Below are positions 49,601 through 59,940 of a DNA stretch of 60,000 nucleotides, in pieces (position 1 is the first letter of the stretch; each line of letters begins with the position of its first letter). The notes under the pieces were generated by a model. That model searched no databases. It was given only the letters and a program-made list of their open reading frames with translations, and had not been told where the DNA came from. The stretch comes from Lytechinus pictus (lineage: Eukaryota). Position numbers and translations under genes: made by a program. The stretch lies in assembly GCF_037042905.1 (NCBI RefSeq), contig NC_087251.1, positions 3,846,001-3,906,000 on the forward strand, read 5' to 3'.

Positions 49601-52600
49601 CAGATTTTAAAGATATTGAATAGTTATTCAGATAATGATCATCCGCAAAGTTTGGACTCACTGCCATTAATAAATATATATGTATGTAGATGCCTCAACA
49701 GTTGACTTTTCTTGTTTTTCTTCCTGCAGCCAATTTTAATATTTTACATCACTTAGCCAGATTGAATACGATTTTTTCCTTTGAAAATAAAAATCAATAT
49801 CATGTAAATTTCTTATACCTTTCAATTCGTGCAAAACTTAAAAACATATTTCAGAAAGGTGAGTCATCATAAAACATACAAACAAGCCAAAATGAAAATG
49901 TCTATAGTTCTGTACTTCTGAACCATATGAACTAATCAAATGAGTACTATTAACAAGTTTGTGGTATAACGCCTTGCATGTTTGTGCCAAGCCATAGACA
50001 TTTTTTGTAGTCTTGTCCAGAGGTTTTGTGATGATGTCTGCCACTGTCTCCATCCCTTGACAACACCAGACTTGGTTTCATGCATTCATGATGTCACCTA
50101 GCAAAACACACAACCTGCACAGGATGGTCTTTAAAGCAAAACATCATCATCCCTTGAGGACTTCTCCATGATTCCTGGTTTCAATCCCACCACTCATCTA
50201 TACTCATCTGCATTAGCCTGGGGGTTTTCATTTACACCACCATTTCTGATCAAGTAATTATCTCAATCAGAACAATTAAAGATACGCAGTTATTGGATAT
50301 TTTGTGGGATTCATTGTAAGATTCCCATGAGTCAACTTAGTATTTGCCAATTCCCAAATAAAGATGAACTCTGGTTTTGTTTCATTTATTCATACAAGTT
50401 GTACTATACAATCACACATTAATTAAACAACAAATCCAAAGTATGCATGCTCAGTAACCCAATGTTGTATTTGAAAAGTCTCCAGGCTGATTGAGATGGG
50501 GTTTCTTTAACTTCAAGATTAAACATATAATTTTTTTTTCCAATTTCTTTTTCCCCCACAGTAGGGTGTTTTATTCATTGTGGATTTTGCATTTTATTGT
50601 GGAGCGTTGTAGCCAAGTGGATTAGTCTTCTGACTTTGAAACAGAGGGTCGTGGGTTCGAATCCCAGCCATGGCTTGATTTCCTTCAGCAACAAATTCAT
50701 CCATATTGTGCTGCACTCAACCCAGGTGAGATGAATGGGTTCTTGGCAGCAATTTATTCCTTGAAATGCCACTGCACTGTAAAAGGCTGCGGGGATAAAG
50801 CCAGGGTAATAATATCCTAGTTCTTTGGAAGCGCATAGGGACGTGATGACATACCGGTAATGTGATATGCGCTATAGGCCTACAAGAACTGCGTTATTAT
50901 TATTATTATCATTATTATTATTCAATAAAGGGATGACTTGGCTAGAATCTTGAGATTGAGCAAACTCAGGCTAATAGAAAACCAGTACAATCTTACCCCA
51001 ATCACTTCATGATTGTTGTCTCTGTTTCGGATTGCCATATTCTCCCATGTGACAATGACAAATGAGGAAGGACTGAAGTTGTCGACATCAAAAGATCCTC
51101 GACTTCTAAAGTTTCCCTTGATGAGACGTTTTATCTCCTCTTCTTCTTTGGGTGATACTGTGTTCCTATACCAGACAGAGCTTTTACCTCTGCAAATAAC
51201 GGGGAAAATAAAAGAAACAATTTATTATAATTAATATAAAGGAGTAACCAGATTACAACTACATGCACATGTAACTCTACTAGGAGAGACTTTACTTCAG
51301 AAATGCATGAGACATTGCCTTGTGTTACAGTCTCATATACTAGCCTAAAAAATATGTCCCTTTAAAAGGACATAACTTTTAGTATTAAAGAGAGATATTT
51401 ATAGTATAATATTTCTAGTTACCTTATCAACTTGAGCTTTGTATGGAAAGGTGCAACCTCACTGCCTTCAAAAAAGCTAATGTATCCATCACGTAAGATC
51501 TGCAAAGATTAAAAGAAAATAAACTCAAATTAATGTCGCAAACAAACCAAATGAAAAATGTCTAAACAATCATTTAAAAATTGTAACATGTATAAGAATT
51601 TTTTAAAACTTTGGCAAAAAATGTCAGTAATGTGAATAATAAATTCTTTTGAAAGTATCATAAATTTAAAGATTACAATCCTGTAGTGGTCATTGATATT
51701 TTTTTTACAATTACAATTGAAATTTGGCTTTTAGCATCCTTTCTCTATCACTTTTTTAATAATTAAACTAACCATTTGAGCACTTACTTTACAATTTTTG
51801 TAATAGGATAGTAGAAAGCTACAGACGAAAATTACAAGTATATATTTTCATCCCAATTCCAAGCTTTAGAAGGTTTATACTTTAAGGCATAAATGTGAAG
51901 ATATTCTGTTTTGATTGGACACCCAATCTAAATAAATTTTGATGTAAAATCTGTAACTTTTTATCCAATTGAAGAATTTTTTTAACACAGTTCTATTTTA
52001 TATATTTCACATCATAACCGTTAATAGGGCAAACATATTAATAATAAATGTGAATGGAACTTTAGGGAGAGTTACCAAAACTAAAGATAGGCTTTAAAAC
52101 AGGAAATTTTTAGTATTACATCATAATTCAAAGTTTCAAAAACCAAACACCCAATACTTGACCAGATGATGCAAATCAAAGCTGGGAGACAACTATGATG
52201 TAAAGTTAGATTGATTTTTTTCTTTAAATTACAGTAAAACAATTGCTATAAAGTGACAGTTCAATTAAATTTGGTACAAAATTGGAATAATGTAACTCTA
52301 CAGCTGAGTTTTGCATACAGTTAATTATAAAGGTTTTTATGTCTGATTGTTAAAGTTGAAGGTCCTGGTGAAGTCCATCCCAACAACAAGATGATTTCAA
52401 TTATAGAGAAAACCAAATAACACTGAAAATTTCATAAAAAGTGGAATGCCTCTGGCTGTCTCACCTGCATCACACGATATAGCAGCAGTGCTGACTTTTA
52501 AAACTACTATAAAATAATTATTCACAAAAAACACCATTCATATAATGATACAATACTACGTTCATTGACATTTGACCTTGATCATGTGACATAAAACTTG

Positions 52601-55600
52601 TCAGTGTTACTTGATTACCCCTATATCCACATTTTATACACTATATCTATAAACTTTGAAAGTTATAACAGCAATCTAATAATTACCTCTAAAATGGCCA
52701 AAGTTCAATGACCTTATTAAAATGACCTTTGACTTTTGGTCATGTGACCTGAAACTCACATGAGATGTTCAGTGATACTTGATGACTCTTATGTCCAAGT
52801 TTTATGAACTAGACCAATATACTTACAGAGTTATGGTGGTAATTCAACAAATACCCCCAACATGGCCAAAGTCCATTAACCTTTGACCTTGGTCATGTGA
52901 CCTGAAACTTGCACAAGATGTTCAGTGATACTTGGTTACTCTTATGTAAACGTTTTATGAACTAGACCAATACACTTATAGAGATATGATGGTAATTCAA
53001 CAAATACCCCCAACATGGCCAAAGTTCATTGACCTTAAATGACCTTTGACCTGTGACCTGAAACTTGGACGGGATGTTCAAAGATCCTTGATTACTCTTA
53101 TGTCCAAGTTTCATGAATCAGATCCATAAACTTTCAAAGTTATGGTGGTAATTCAACAGATACCCCCCCCCCCCCACATGGCCAAAGTTCATTGACCTTT
53201 GACGTTGGTCATGTGACCTGAAATTCGCACAGGATGTTCAGTGATACTTGATTACTCAATACATGTATGTCCAAGTTTTATGAACTACATGTAGACCAAT
53301 AAACTTTTTAAAAAGTTATGATGGTAATTCAACAAATACCCCCAACTTGGCCAAAGTTCATTGACCCTACATGACCTTTGACCTTGATCATGTGACCTGA
53401 AACTCGCACAGGATGTCCAGTGATACTTGATATGTCCAAGTTTCATGAATCAGACCCATAAACTTTCAAATTTATGATGGTAATTCAACAGATACTCCCA
53501 AATTTGGCCAAGTTCATTGAACCTAAATGACCTTTGACCTTAGTCATGTGATGTGAAACTCAAGCAGGATGTTCAGTAATACTTGAGTAAACTTATGTCC
53601 AAGTTTCATGAACTAGGTCCATATATTTTCTAAATTATGATGACATTTCAAAAACTTAACCTTAGGTTAAGATTTTGATGTTGATTCCCCCAACGTGGTC
53701 TAAGTTCATTGACCCTAAATGACCTTTGACCTTTGACCTTGGTCATGTGACATGAAACTCAGGCAGAATGTTCAGTAATACTTGATTAACCTTATGGCCA
53801 AGTTTCATGAACTAGGTCCATATACTTTTTAAGTTATGCTGTCATTTCAAAAACTTAACCTTCGGTTAAGATTTGGTGTTGACGCCGCCCGCCGCCGTCG
53901 GAAAAGCGGCGCCTATAGTCTCACTCTGCTATAAGGGGGGCAAAAATTGAATGGGTCACTAGTAAAGATTTAAAGATTTATTAGATTTAAAGATTTATTA
54001 AAAACATGTGATCGCAGCTTCAAAGCTGAATTGGCAGTGTTTTATAATTAAAAATAAAAAATTAAATTAAAAAATAAGCAATATATAACAAAAGAATCAA
54101 GAAATAACAATCAAATTTATAAATTCAAAATATTATGGTATACTCAAGGTAATAGTGGTAATTTAAGACAATATTTTAAAAGCTAAAAGAAAATGTATTT
54201 TAAAGATTTTAGACCGTCATACAATGAGACCATCAGAGAAGGTTGAGCGGAACATCAATACGAAATTATAATGATGCCATATGTATTTTAAAAACAATTT
54301 AATAAAAGAAAATTCGTTTTACCCTCTGTATAAAGTGTTAGCAATTGAAAAAGGTAAAATCAGTAACTGGCTAGTGTAAGAGTAACTTAGGAAAATAGTT
54401 CACAAGAAATCAAATGTGAATATACACAATAATCAAGATAAATTAATGGTACTATAAATTAAAATGTTTCAAAATACATGAAAGAAATTGCTTAAAATAA
54501 TAAAAAGGGACATGTAATATATATCAAATAATTCTCATGCGAAACTGAGTTTAGTGTTCAACAAGCGGATTATGTATGATTAGGATTAAGATTAGAATGG
54601 TATTTCAGTATACATGTACCAGTATAATTCACAATAATGAAACATTGCCAAGGGTTTAGACAAGTTTTCAACTTATAAATGGAAAACTACTCTCTTTCCA
54701 AATTTCCATGACAGTGTGAACTACTGTTCACCTAATGTTATTCATACACTCTTATCAAAGAGTTTATAGAGCTTCACCATTATAGCACTTCACACTACTG
54801 CCAAAGCTACTACTGACAAAGTCTACCACAGAGGAGCAGCCCAAGCTACAAACCATTGCTATGAATGGAACAATACCCACTTCTTCTCTATTGTTGTCCC
54901 ACCACCCTGTAAAACATGCCAGCTCCACGGTGTCTGTGTTTTGCAACACAAACTGACTGCCATTTATATTCTAGCATTCAATTGGAAACTCACAGCACTC
55001 CCTCTGCATTTCGGCATGGGAAAAGAAATTCTTACAATGGTTCTACAAGTCTGACAATACATTGATTTGATGAACAAATCTTTTCACAGATTCAGACAAA
55101 TCGTGCTACAATTATAAGTAATTTCATATCCAATTACACATATTTATATCTCATGTGAGAAGAGAGTGCAATCATGCATTAGACCTACTCCCTCCTCAAA
55201 GCCAAATCTGTTTTGATTTCAGCTTCACTAGTCTAATGGAATTCCTGATGAAACAAGTTCAACCAGAAGTTTAGCACAAAACTTCCAGGAGACAAAGTGG
55301 GGTTGACATACAATACTTCAATGATATATTACAGCAACCTCATTTTTTTTTGTTAACTCCCTGCTGTGTAATTGCTCCCCAAGGTGTATCATATTTTAGT
55401 GGAGGTAAAAGACCCCATTAAATTCAATATGAATTCAAAGATATTTCTTAGATTTGAGGTTGATAAGAAGGGCACAGTAACAAGGCCTGCTGGCATACTG
55501 ATTTTGAGAAATAAAGAAGGTTTGGTTTTTAAGTCAAGTTTTATGTTTTTACAGTATCTCCTGACTTGCCATAAATCTAATACACACAAAATGTATCAAA

Positions 55601-58600
55601 TAGTTTCTGCATAAAAATGTAGATGACTGAAAAGTAATTGAATTCCTTACATACTTTTAAAGTTCAACCATAATAAAATAATAAAACTTAGATGTGTCCG
55701 AGGCTAATATTTGTTAAAGAATGGTATTATATAGTTTACAAAGCCTCACTGAATGATGCACAAAAAAGTAGGCCTAAAACCTTTCTTGCATAACATGACA
55801 ACCTTACACAAACTACAAGAAGAATATTGCATTACATTCTTCATATTCAGGGGCAAGGTGGGTGTTTCATAAAGCTGTTCACAAGTTAAGAGTGACTTTA
55901 AGAACAATTGGTGATCCTTTCTTGTGGTAAATGGTATTGGCGATGGTTTAGCATGTAAAAAAGGTTTACCGTACCAGTCGCTCTTAAAGTTGCTCTTACC
56001 ACAAGAAAGGATCACCAGTCGTTCTTAAAGTTGCTTTTAACTTATGAACAGCTTTATGAAACTGCCCCTTGGTCTTACAGACATTAAAACAAGGAACAAT
56101 TCCCTACCAGTGGAGTGAGTACTGGATCATGATCATATGCCAGCCCAATCGCCAATACAACAGGAAAGTGTCAAATAACTTTACATTTTTAAGAGGAACA
56201 ATCAGAGAAGATTGAGTTGTGGCAGCTGAAGCCATGGACTATTGATTGAACATGTCAATGGAGTCATAGTAGAGCTCTCATGCCTGAAACCTGACCCTAA
56301 AATGACAGAGGATGTCCTTTCTTTTCTCTTCTCTTGATACCAATAGCACTACTGTATGTCACACACCCCTTTCAGAGCAATGAACATCCCCTATTGTGTA
56401 CCCCTATATCAATCAAGTAGAGTCCTGGAAGGGGGGTAATCTAGTGACTAACACCAGACAATAAACTTCCTGTGGGTAATTTAAGTAGATTTGGTCGAAG
56501 TCATCTCTACCCCAAAAGATACACAAAATAAATATGAATCCTAAGCTGCAAGCAAATGTAGCCGAAGCTTCCAATTATGTTGATCATTGTCATGAAATAA
56601 GTTAGTCCAAACTAAAAAATCATATTACTCCACATACCAACTAACTGCTATACAATAAACTTTCAGATTTTAATCATGTTCTAATTAAGAAAAAACCTAA
56701 TAACCACAGGTCTAGGGAGGAAAGTTCACATATAAAAACATAACAATTTCAGGAAAATCAAGTTGACCATATCATAGGCAAATTTTTCAAGTGTTTTTCA
56801 TGATTACAAACATGTACTTTAACATTTTCTTACCAACATCTACTTTGACATTTCTATGATAAAGTATAACAACAAGGGCAAATCCATGCAAATGTCTACT
56901 ATACTCTACCAATATGCTTTTCACACTGCATTTCCTTAACCCCATATTATCCTTAACCCCATACTATCTTCTTTCTTTTTTCACACTGTCTTTATTAACC
57001 CCGGACTATCGCACAGCTCATGAATATTGATGATTTTGCCACACAGAGCGTGATTAACGTGCAATTTCGACTTCTTTGATTGGCTAATGCCTAGCCCCAC
57101 TTTTCCTTAGCCCAGTTTCGTTTCACACTGTATATCTTAGCACTGCAATTGTAGTGCTAGCTCCGCAATTAGCCAGCTAACCCTGCTTTTTTGCAGGGCC
57201 AGTACCGTACTATTTACCATGCTAGCCCACTTTGCTAAAACGTAGTGTGAAACAGAAGAGGGCTAAGCTTAACCCTCGGATATTGGTGGGGCTAAGACAC
57301 CCCCCCCCCCTGAGCCCCACCAATTCCCCAGGGTTATTTTTTAAGGAAAATATGTGCAGTGTGAAAAGCATAGAAGAAGCTACAAGTAGGGCTATTTCTG
57401 TCAGACACAGGTTGTCGGGCACACATACACACTAAAGTAGTCTAGAGTCCACAAGAAAAAATATCAAGCAAGTATGAAAGAGCAAGCATACACTACATAC
57501 ATGTACATGTGTACACAGTCAGAAAATTTACTTTCAAAAGTCTTCCTTTCAATCAAGATGCAGTGTTCCGAGACACTGGATTAGATTAGAGGCCATCTAA
57601 ATTCCATTGAAACACTTAATGAACTCTTTGGCACAGGATTAACCTTTGAGATTAAGGGGTCTATCTAACAGCCCCTAGGCATTACAATATATATGACTGA
57701 TCGTTCACTACTTTCATACCTCTCAATAGGCGTTGCTGCACCATCCCGAGTTTGCTCAATCTCGAGATTTTAGCCCGATCGGCCCTCTTCGCGATTAATC
57801 TCGAGATTCAAGAAACCCCGTCTCACCATCGCAAGAAGAGCGATGCCTGCTCGAGCGAGGCATCGATGCATTATGGTCTGACGCCGTGAATAAATAATCC
57901 CCAGTGCGTCTGCACCTACGAATTAGTGCGATATTTCGTAAAATAGCGTGCTATTTTGCAAATAATCCTAAGTTGACTTGGGATTGCAATCTTGAGATTT
58001 ATCCTACGAACTAGCGCGATAATTGCGTCTCCATTGCAAATAATCTCGAGATTGTTCAGATCGGGATAATTTGCCGGATCAGAAATAGCGCGCTAATTTG
58101 AAAACTCGGGATGGTGCAGATGGCCCTAATATTTCCTGAAACTTAATTTATTTACATAAGACTAAAAGTATTAAGAACAAGTTTGCCAAGTCTCCCTGAC
58201 CCACATATTATTCATAATCTAACACACTGGGGAAGATGTTTCAAATGTGAAAAATTTAACTCAATGATAAAAAGGTTCAAAGATATTGGAAAAAATGCAT
58301 CCCACCGCCATGTTTACACCAGCAGTTACATCACGACCTAATGTCAATGGGTGATTTAAAGTTCGGTGTTGACCTTTTGGTGTTGGTGTTAGGTCAATTT
58401 TTACACAAGTATAACACCACACATCAAATGAAGATGGTCCTGAAAAATCACTCACTAGTTGTTGAGATGTCAATATTGTGATATGGATCAGTTTTACAAA
58501 CTCAGAATAGGTTTTGGAGTTAGGGAAAGCAATCCAAATTCCAACACTAACACCGGACTTGAAATCACCCATTGTACAGGTATGTATGGTATTGTTAATT

Positions 58601-59640
58601 GAGCATAAAAAGAACAGTATTTTGTGTCTAAAATATGACATAGGATCAAACAGACTGTGTGCAATGTCACTGTACTAGAAGTCTAATTTGGATGGCCTTA
58701 CTTTCAAGTTGATCTTAATCATACCTGTCCCCTGTCAGTGACAGTTTCAAAGATTCATCAAAGGTCAAAGTCATGAATCAAAATAATGTGGAGGTGCCGT
58801 GGCCGATTGGTCTAATTGTTCGATCCCCAACCCAGGCACACCGCATCACCTTTGCTCTTAAGCAAGGTATAAATAGTGATCTTTTATCATATATTCAATC
58901 AAATAAATTGAAATGCTATTTATTCTTGGTAACTATGTGTGCCCTTGTTTTTTCTTTTAATATAGACGTAACAAATTCCATTATTTTGAAAATGCAAACA
59001 AATTGGTTATTGATCTAATATGTAAATCAACATAGAAATACTGGTATATTTGTTGATGGTTGGTTTTAGGAACTCTTCAAAATAAATTGTATGACTGAAA
59101 ATAAATCATTCAAAGTCTCCAAACCACGTTGTAATTAATAAATTTAATCGTCTGAACTGAAGTTCTGGCATTTGGCAAAGGCTACCTTCTTGTGAATGTG
59201 ATGTGAAATAATGCCCACATACCCTGGCCTGGGTACCCAAATTAAACTCAAGTCTTTAAGATCAAACAACCCATATCAACTGGTTCTTACCTTTGGCTTT
59301 GATCCTCCTCATAACTTTATTATCATGATTCTGATACATACACACTGATTTACGAAATCCACCTGAAAACGGGTCATACAATGAGTGCATTGTTCCATAT
59401 TATAGGCCTACACGTAGTAACTTATTAAAGCATTTTGGTAAAAAAAAAACTTACATGAAGTACAGATTGCTCCTCTCCTAAAAATGTAAAATGATCTCTG
59501 AACGTAATGGAAAGAGTCGTCTTGCTTCTCCTACTCAGCTTCTTGTTGGCGGTTCCATCTCCAAAAGGAAAGAATTGTTCCCGAGGCAAACATTGCACGA
59601 CAGCAACGAGAGCTGCTAAAAATCCTAGGAGAAGTTTCAT
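19571..59640 (-). CDS. NID: Nidogen/entactin, 23 coding exons, about 1186 aa
   Basis: All exons are GT-AG with compatible phases and total 3561 nt. The domain order signal peptide-NIDO-EGF-G2F-8xEGF-YWTD propeller-EGF is diagnostic of nidogen. Confidence 0.95.
20104..20216 (-). CDS. NID: Nidogen exon 22
   Basis: [18 protein letters not shown]. Confidence 0.9.
20579..20705 (-). CDS. NID: Nidogen exon 21 (G3 YWTD)
   Basis: [17 protein letters not shown]. Confidence 0.92.
21140..21297 (-). CDS. NID: Nidogen exon 20 (G3 YWTD)
   Basis: [15 protein letters not shown]...MPNGLTID...LCWADAG. Confidence 0.95.
21621..21792 (-). CDS. NID: Nidogen exon 19 (G3 YWTD)
   Basis: [28 protein letters not shown]...[11 protein letters not shown]. 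Confidence 0.95.
22515..22742 (-). CDS. NID: Nidogen exon 18 (G3 YWTD)
   Basis: [30 protein letters not shown]. Confidence 0.93.
23371..23496 (-). CDS. NID: Nidogen exon 17 (calcium-binding EGF)
   Basis: DVNEC...[29 protein letters not shown]. Confidence 0.93.
23850..24057 (+). repeat. Degenerate (TGAA/TGAG)n microsatellite
   Basis: Visible tetranucleotide run. Confidence 0.85.
24075..24690 (+). mobile_element. HINE/pearl-like element, 5'-truncated, nidogen intron 16
   Basis: TGACCTTTGACCT subrepeats; 3' hairpin CTCGC-tctgctatgcaa-GCGAG-ACAAAAA, complementary to the head motif GTCTCGCCTG of the sibling copies. Confidence 0.7.
24823..24939 (-). CDS. NID: Nidogen exon 16 (rod EGF)
   Basis: [33 protein letters not shown]. 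Confidence 0.9.
25088..25153 (+). mobile_element. L2/SINE-type 3' terminus (stem-loop + TAT tail)
   Basis: AGCGCTTT...AAAGCGCT-ATATAAATGCCAA-TTATTATTAT. Confidence 0.6.
25391..27194 (+). repeat. 44-bp minisatellite, 41 copies, nidogen intron 15
   Basis: Unit AGCCAATCACAAACAAGGTTTTCTTGGTAGTCGTTAATGGCAGG; first unit at 25391, last at 27152 (40x44+1). Confidence 0.98.
27271..27393 (-). CDS. NID: Nidogen exon 15 (rod EGF, paralog of exon 11)
   Basis: [36 protein letters not shown]. Confidence 0.92.
28615..28740 (-). CDS. NID: Nidogen exon 14 (rod EGF containing RGD)
   Basis: [37 protein letters not shown]. Confidence 0.92.
28870..29240 (+). mobile_element. Degenerate LINE ORF2 3' fragment (Rex1/Babar-like)
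   Basis: Translates to [12 protein letters not shown]...[24 protein letters not shown]...[10 protein letters not shown] with stops and frameshifts. Confidence 0.65.
29530..30350 (-). mobile_element. Degenerate LINE reverse transcriptase fragment
   Basis: MPQG, LFADNC, YKYLGV and [19 protein letters not shown]...SSVT, with frameshifts. Confidence 0.8.
30454..30579 (-). CDS. NID: Nidogen exon 13 (rod EGF)
   Basis: [36 protein letters not shown]. Confidence 0.92.
30619..31093. mobile_element. 475-bp MITE with TA target duplication
   Basis: TA|GGTGGTTTCAGACCGCCTCGA ... TCGAGGCGGTTTGAAACCACC|TA. Confidence 0.9.
31633..31758 (-). CDS. NID: Nidogen exon 12 (rod EGF)
   Basis: [36 protein letters not shown]; an in-frame acceptor 9 nt downstream is also possible. 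Confidence 0.9.
32405..32527 (-). CDS. NID: Nidogen exon 11 (rod EGF)
   Basis: [36 protein letters not shown]. Confidence 0.92.
33101..33775. mobile_element. Older MITE-like repeat hosting the SINE; fragments of the same family at about 12690-13200 and 39090-39400
   Basis: Inverted ends AAAAGTTGATTTGAATAAA / ATTGATTCAAATCACCTTTT; shared GATGACATCA-type internal motif. Confidence 0.55.
33329..33551 (-). mobile_element. Young tRNA-derived SINE with CCTCAT target-site duplication
   Basis: A box TAGCTCAGTCGG, B box GGTTCGATTCC, TCG in the anticodon position, body GAGGACCTTAAGCCGTTGGTCCC, (ATG)n tail; CCTCAT at 33323-33328 and 33552-33557. Confidence 0.88.
33790..33912 (-). CDS. NID: Nidogen exon 10 (rod EGF)
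   Basis: [35 protein letters not shown]; phase 1-1. Confidence 0.92.
   Translation of the reverse strand: MYLLMLVRIIIVVKMQNVLFKVIPSPANVDQDSLVMDTHA
33963..34176. repeat. Transposon-end remnant rich in TACCG/CGGTA subrepeats
   Basis: Includes a perfect 36-bp palindrome at 34109-34144 and ends TTTTTATAAGGG. Confidence 0.55.
34965..35204 (-). CDS. NID: Nidogen exon 9 (G2F)
   Basis: EQTITYEEC...[13 protein letters not shown]. Confidence 0.93.
35425..36668 (+). mobile_element. 5'-truncated LINE (RT C-terminal half, 3' UTR, (GAATT)n tail), nidogen intron 8
   Basis: Open frame [14 protein letters not shown]...WKYVDD...[12 protein letters not shown]... to TGA at 36246; AATAAA then GAATTGAATTGAATTG. 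Confidence 0.92.
36704..36910 (-). CDS. NID: Nidogen exon 8 (G2F)
   Basis: [25 protein letters not shown]...INGDVP...PHSEVY. Confidence 0.93.
37096..37480 (+). repeat. hAT-like MITE 5' end followed by a purine-rich tract
   Basis: CAGTGGCGTAAC start, GGGGGGGCA-agg-TGCCCCCCC hairpin, long A/G tract; right boundary uncertain. Confidence 0.5.
38240..38476 (-). CDS. NID: Nidogen exon 7 (G2F)
   Basis: GRMNGNVNG...[11 protein letters not shown]...[14 protein letters not shown]...NGFMQTG. Confidence 0.93.
39890..40033 (-). CDS. NID: Nidogen exon 6 (EGF1)
   Basis: [34 protein letters not shown]. Confidence 0.93.
40629..41220. mobile_element. Non-autonomous Tc1/mariner derivative
   Basis: TIR core AAGTTTACATACACCC / GGGTGTATGTAAACTT; the left end AGTTGAGGTCAGAAGTTTACATACAC resembles Tc1/Sleeping Beauty-type termini. 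Confidence 0.75.
41997..42151 (-). CDS. NID: Nidogen exon 5 (NIDO end + linker)
   Basis: [16 protein letters not shown]. Confidence 0.9.
44764..44941 (+). repeat. 60-bp tandem repeat, 3 copies
   Basis: AGGCCCAAAATATACATCCTCAACTGTCTAACATTTTAAAACTTTACAAAG repeated in register on three consecutive lines. Confidence 0.95.
45394..45605 (-). CDS. NID: Nidogen exon 4 (NIDO)
   Basis: [21 protein letters not shown]...AGFTSG. Confidence 0.9.
50600..50925 (+). mobile_element. tRNA(Gln)-like SINE with L2-type 3' tail
   Basis: A box TAGCCAAGTGG, anticodon arm TCTGA-CTTTGAA-ACAGA, B box GGTTCGAATCC, tail AAGCGCAT...ATGCGCT then (TTA)n. Confidence 0.85.
50997..51189 (-). CDS. NID: Nidogen exon 3 (NIDO)
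   Basis: GKSSVWYR...[14 protein letters not shown]. Confidence 0.9.
51423..51499 (-). CDS. NID: Nidogen exon 2
   Basis: [26 protein letters not shown]; phases 0 and 2 fit neighbouring exons. Confidence 0.8.
52440..53932 (+). mobile_element. HINE/pearl-like element with about 9-10 tandem 130-bp subrepeats, nidogen intron 1
   Basis: Head GGAATGCCTCTGGCTGTCTCACCTGCAT; repeated GTTCATTGACC..TGACCTTTGACCTTGGTCATGTGACC; (GCC)n and GTCTCACTCTGCTAT at the end. Confidence 0.75.
55859..56068. mobile_element. Short palindromic MITE (related degenerate copies at about 27570-27705 and 31411-31553)
   Basis: GTTTCATAAAGCTGTTCACAAGTTAA / TTAACTTATGAACAGCTTTATGAAAC. Confidence 0.8.
56915..57370. mobile_element. 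456-bp MITE with TA duplication
   Basis: TA|TGCTTTTCACACTGCA ... TGCAGTGTGAAAAGCA|TA, with internal TTTCACACT subrepeats. Confidence 0.88.
57729..58126. mobile_element. About 400-bp MITE (Harbinger-like ends)
   Basis: CTGCACCATCCCGAGTTT (57736-57753) / AAACTCGGGATGGTGCAG (58102-58119); CpG-rich with ATCTCGAGAT repeats. Confidence 0.8.
59455..59640 (-). CDS. NID: Nidogen exon 1 (signal peptide)
   Basis: [27 protein letters not shown]...; donor GTAAGT. Confidence 0.92.
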
Positions 59641-59940
59641 GATGCCTACCGTTACGGCAAAGCTTTCCTCGCAAATGGTAGTGGGTCGTCGTCTGCTAAA
59701 CTCTGGACTGGTATTTTGGTGGTATGGCCGGTGCATGCACTCTAGCTCTGTATGAACTGCACGGCCGCGCGCACTCACGAACCCACTGCGGAGATCCGCC
59801 GATGATCCGATGATTTCGAGAGTGCAAAACGGCTAATGGGGGTGAGCTGAGCCCCTTCGTGGGGGTCGTGTCGAGGCGGTGGTGGGGGTGGGAGGGGTGT
59901 CAGTGGAAGCCTGGGCCAAGGTAGGAGACGGTTGCCCCTA
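59641..59940 (-). promoter_or_regulatory. GC/CpG-rich 5' UTR and proximal promoter region of nidogen
   Basis: Local CpG-rich island with GGGGGTGGGAGGGG (Sp/KLF-type) boxes directly upstream of exon 1; the TSS cannot be determined. Confidence 0.45.

Noticed and set aside
50600..50672. Functional tRNA-Gln gene
   Set aside because: Imperfect stems; followed by a SINE body shared with 10985-11270.
54100..55690. Possible old LINE remnant in nidogen intron 1
   Set aside because: The composition is suggestive, but I could not recover convincing RT or endonuclease motifs.
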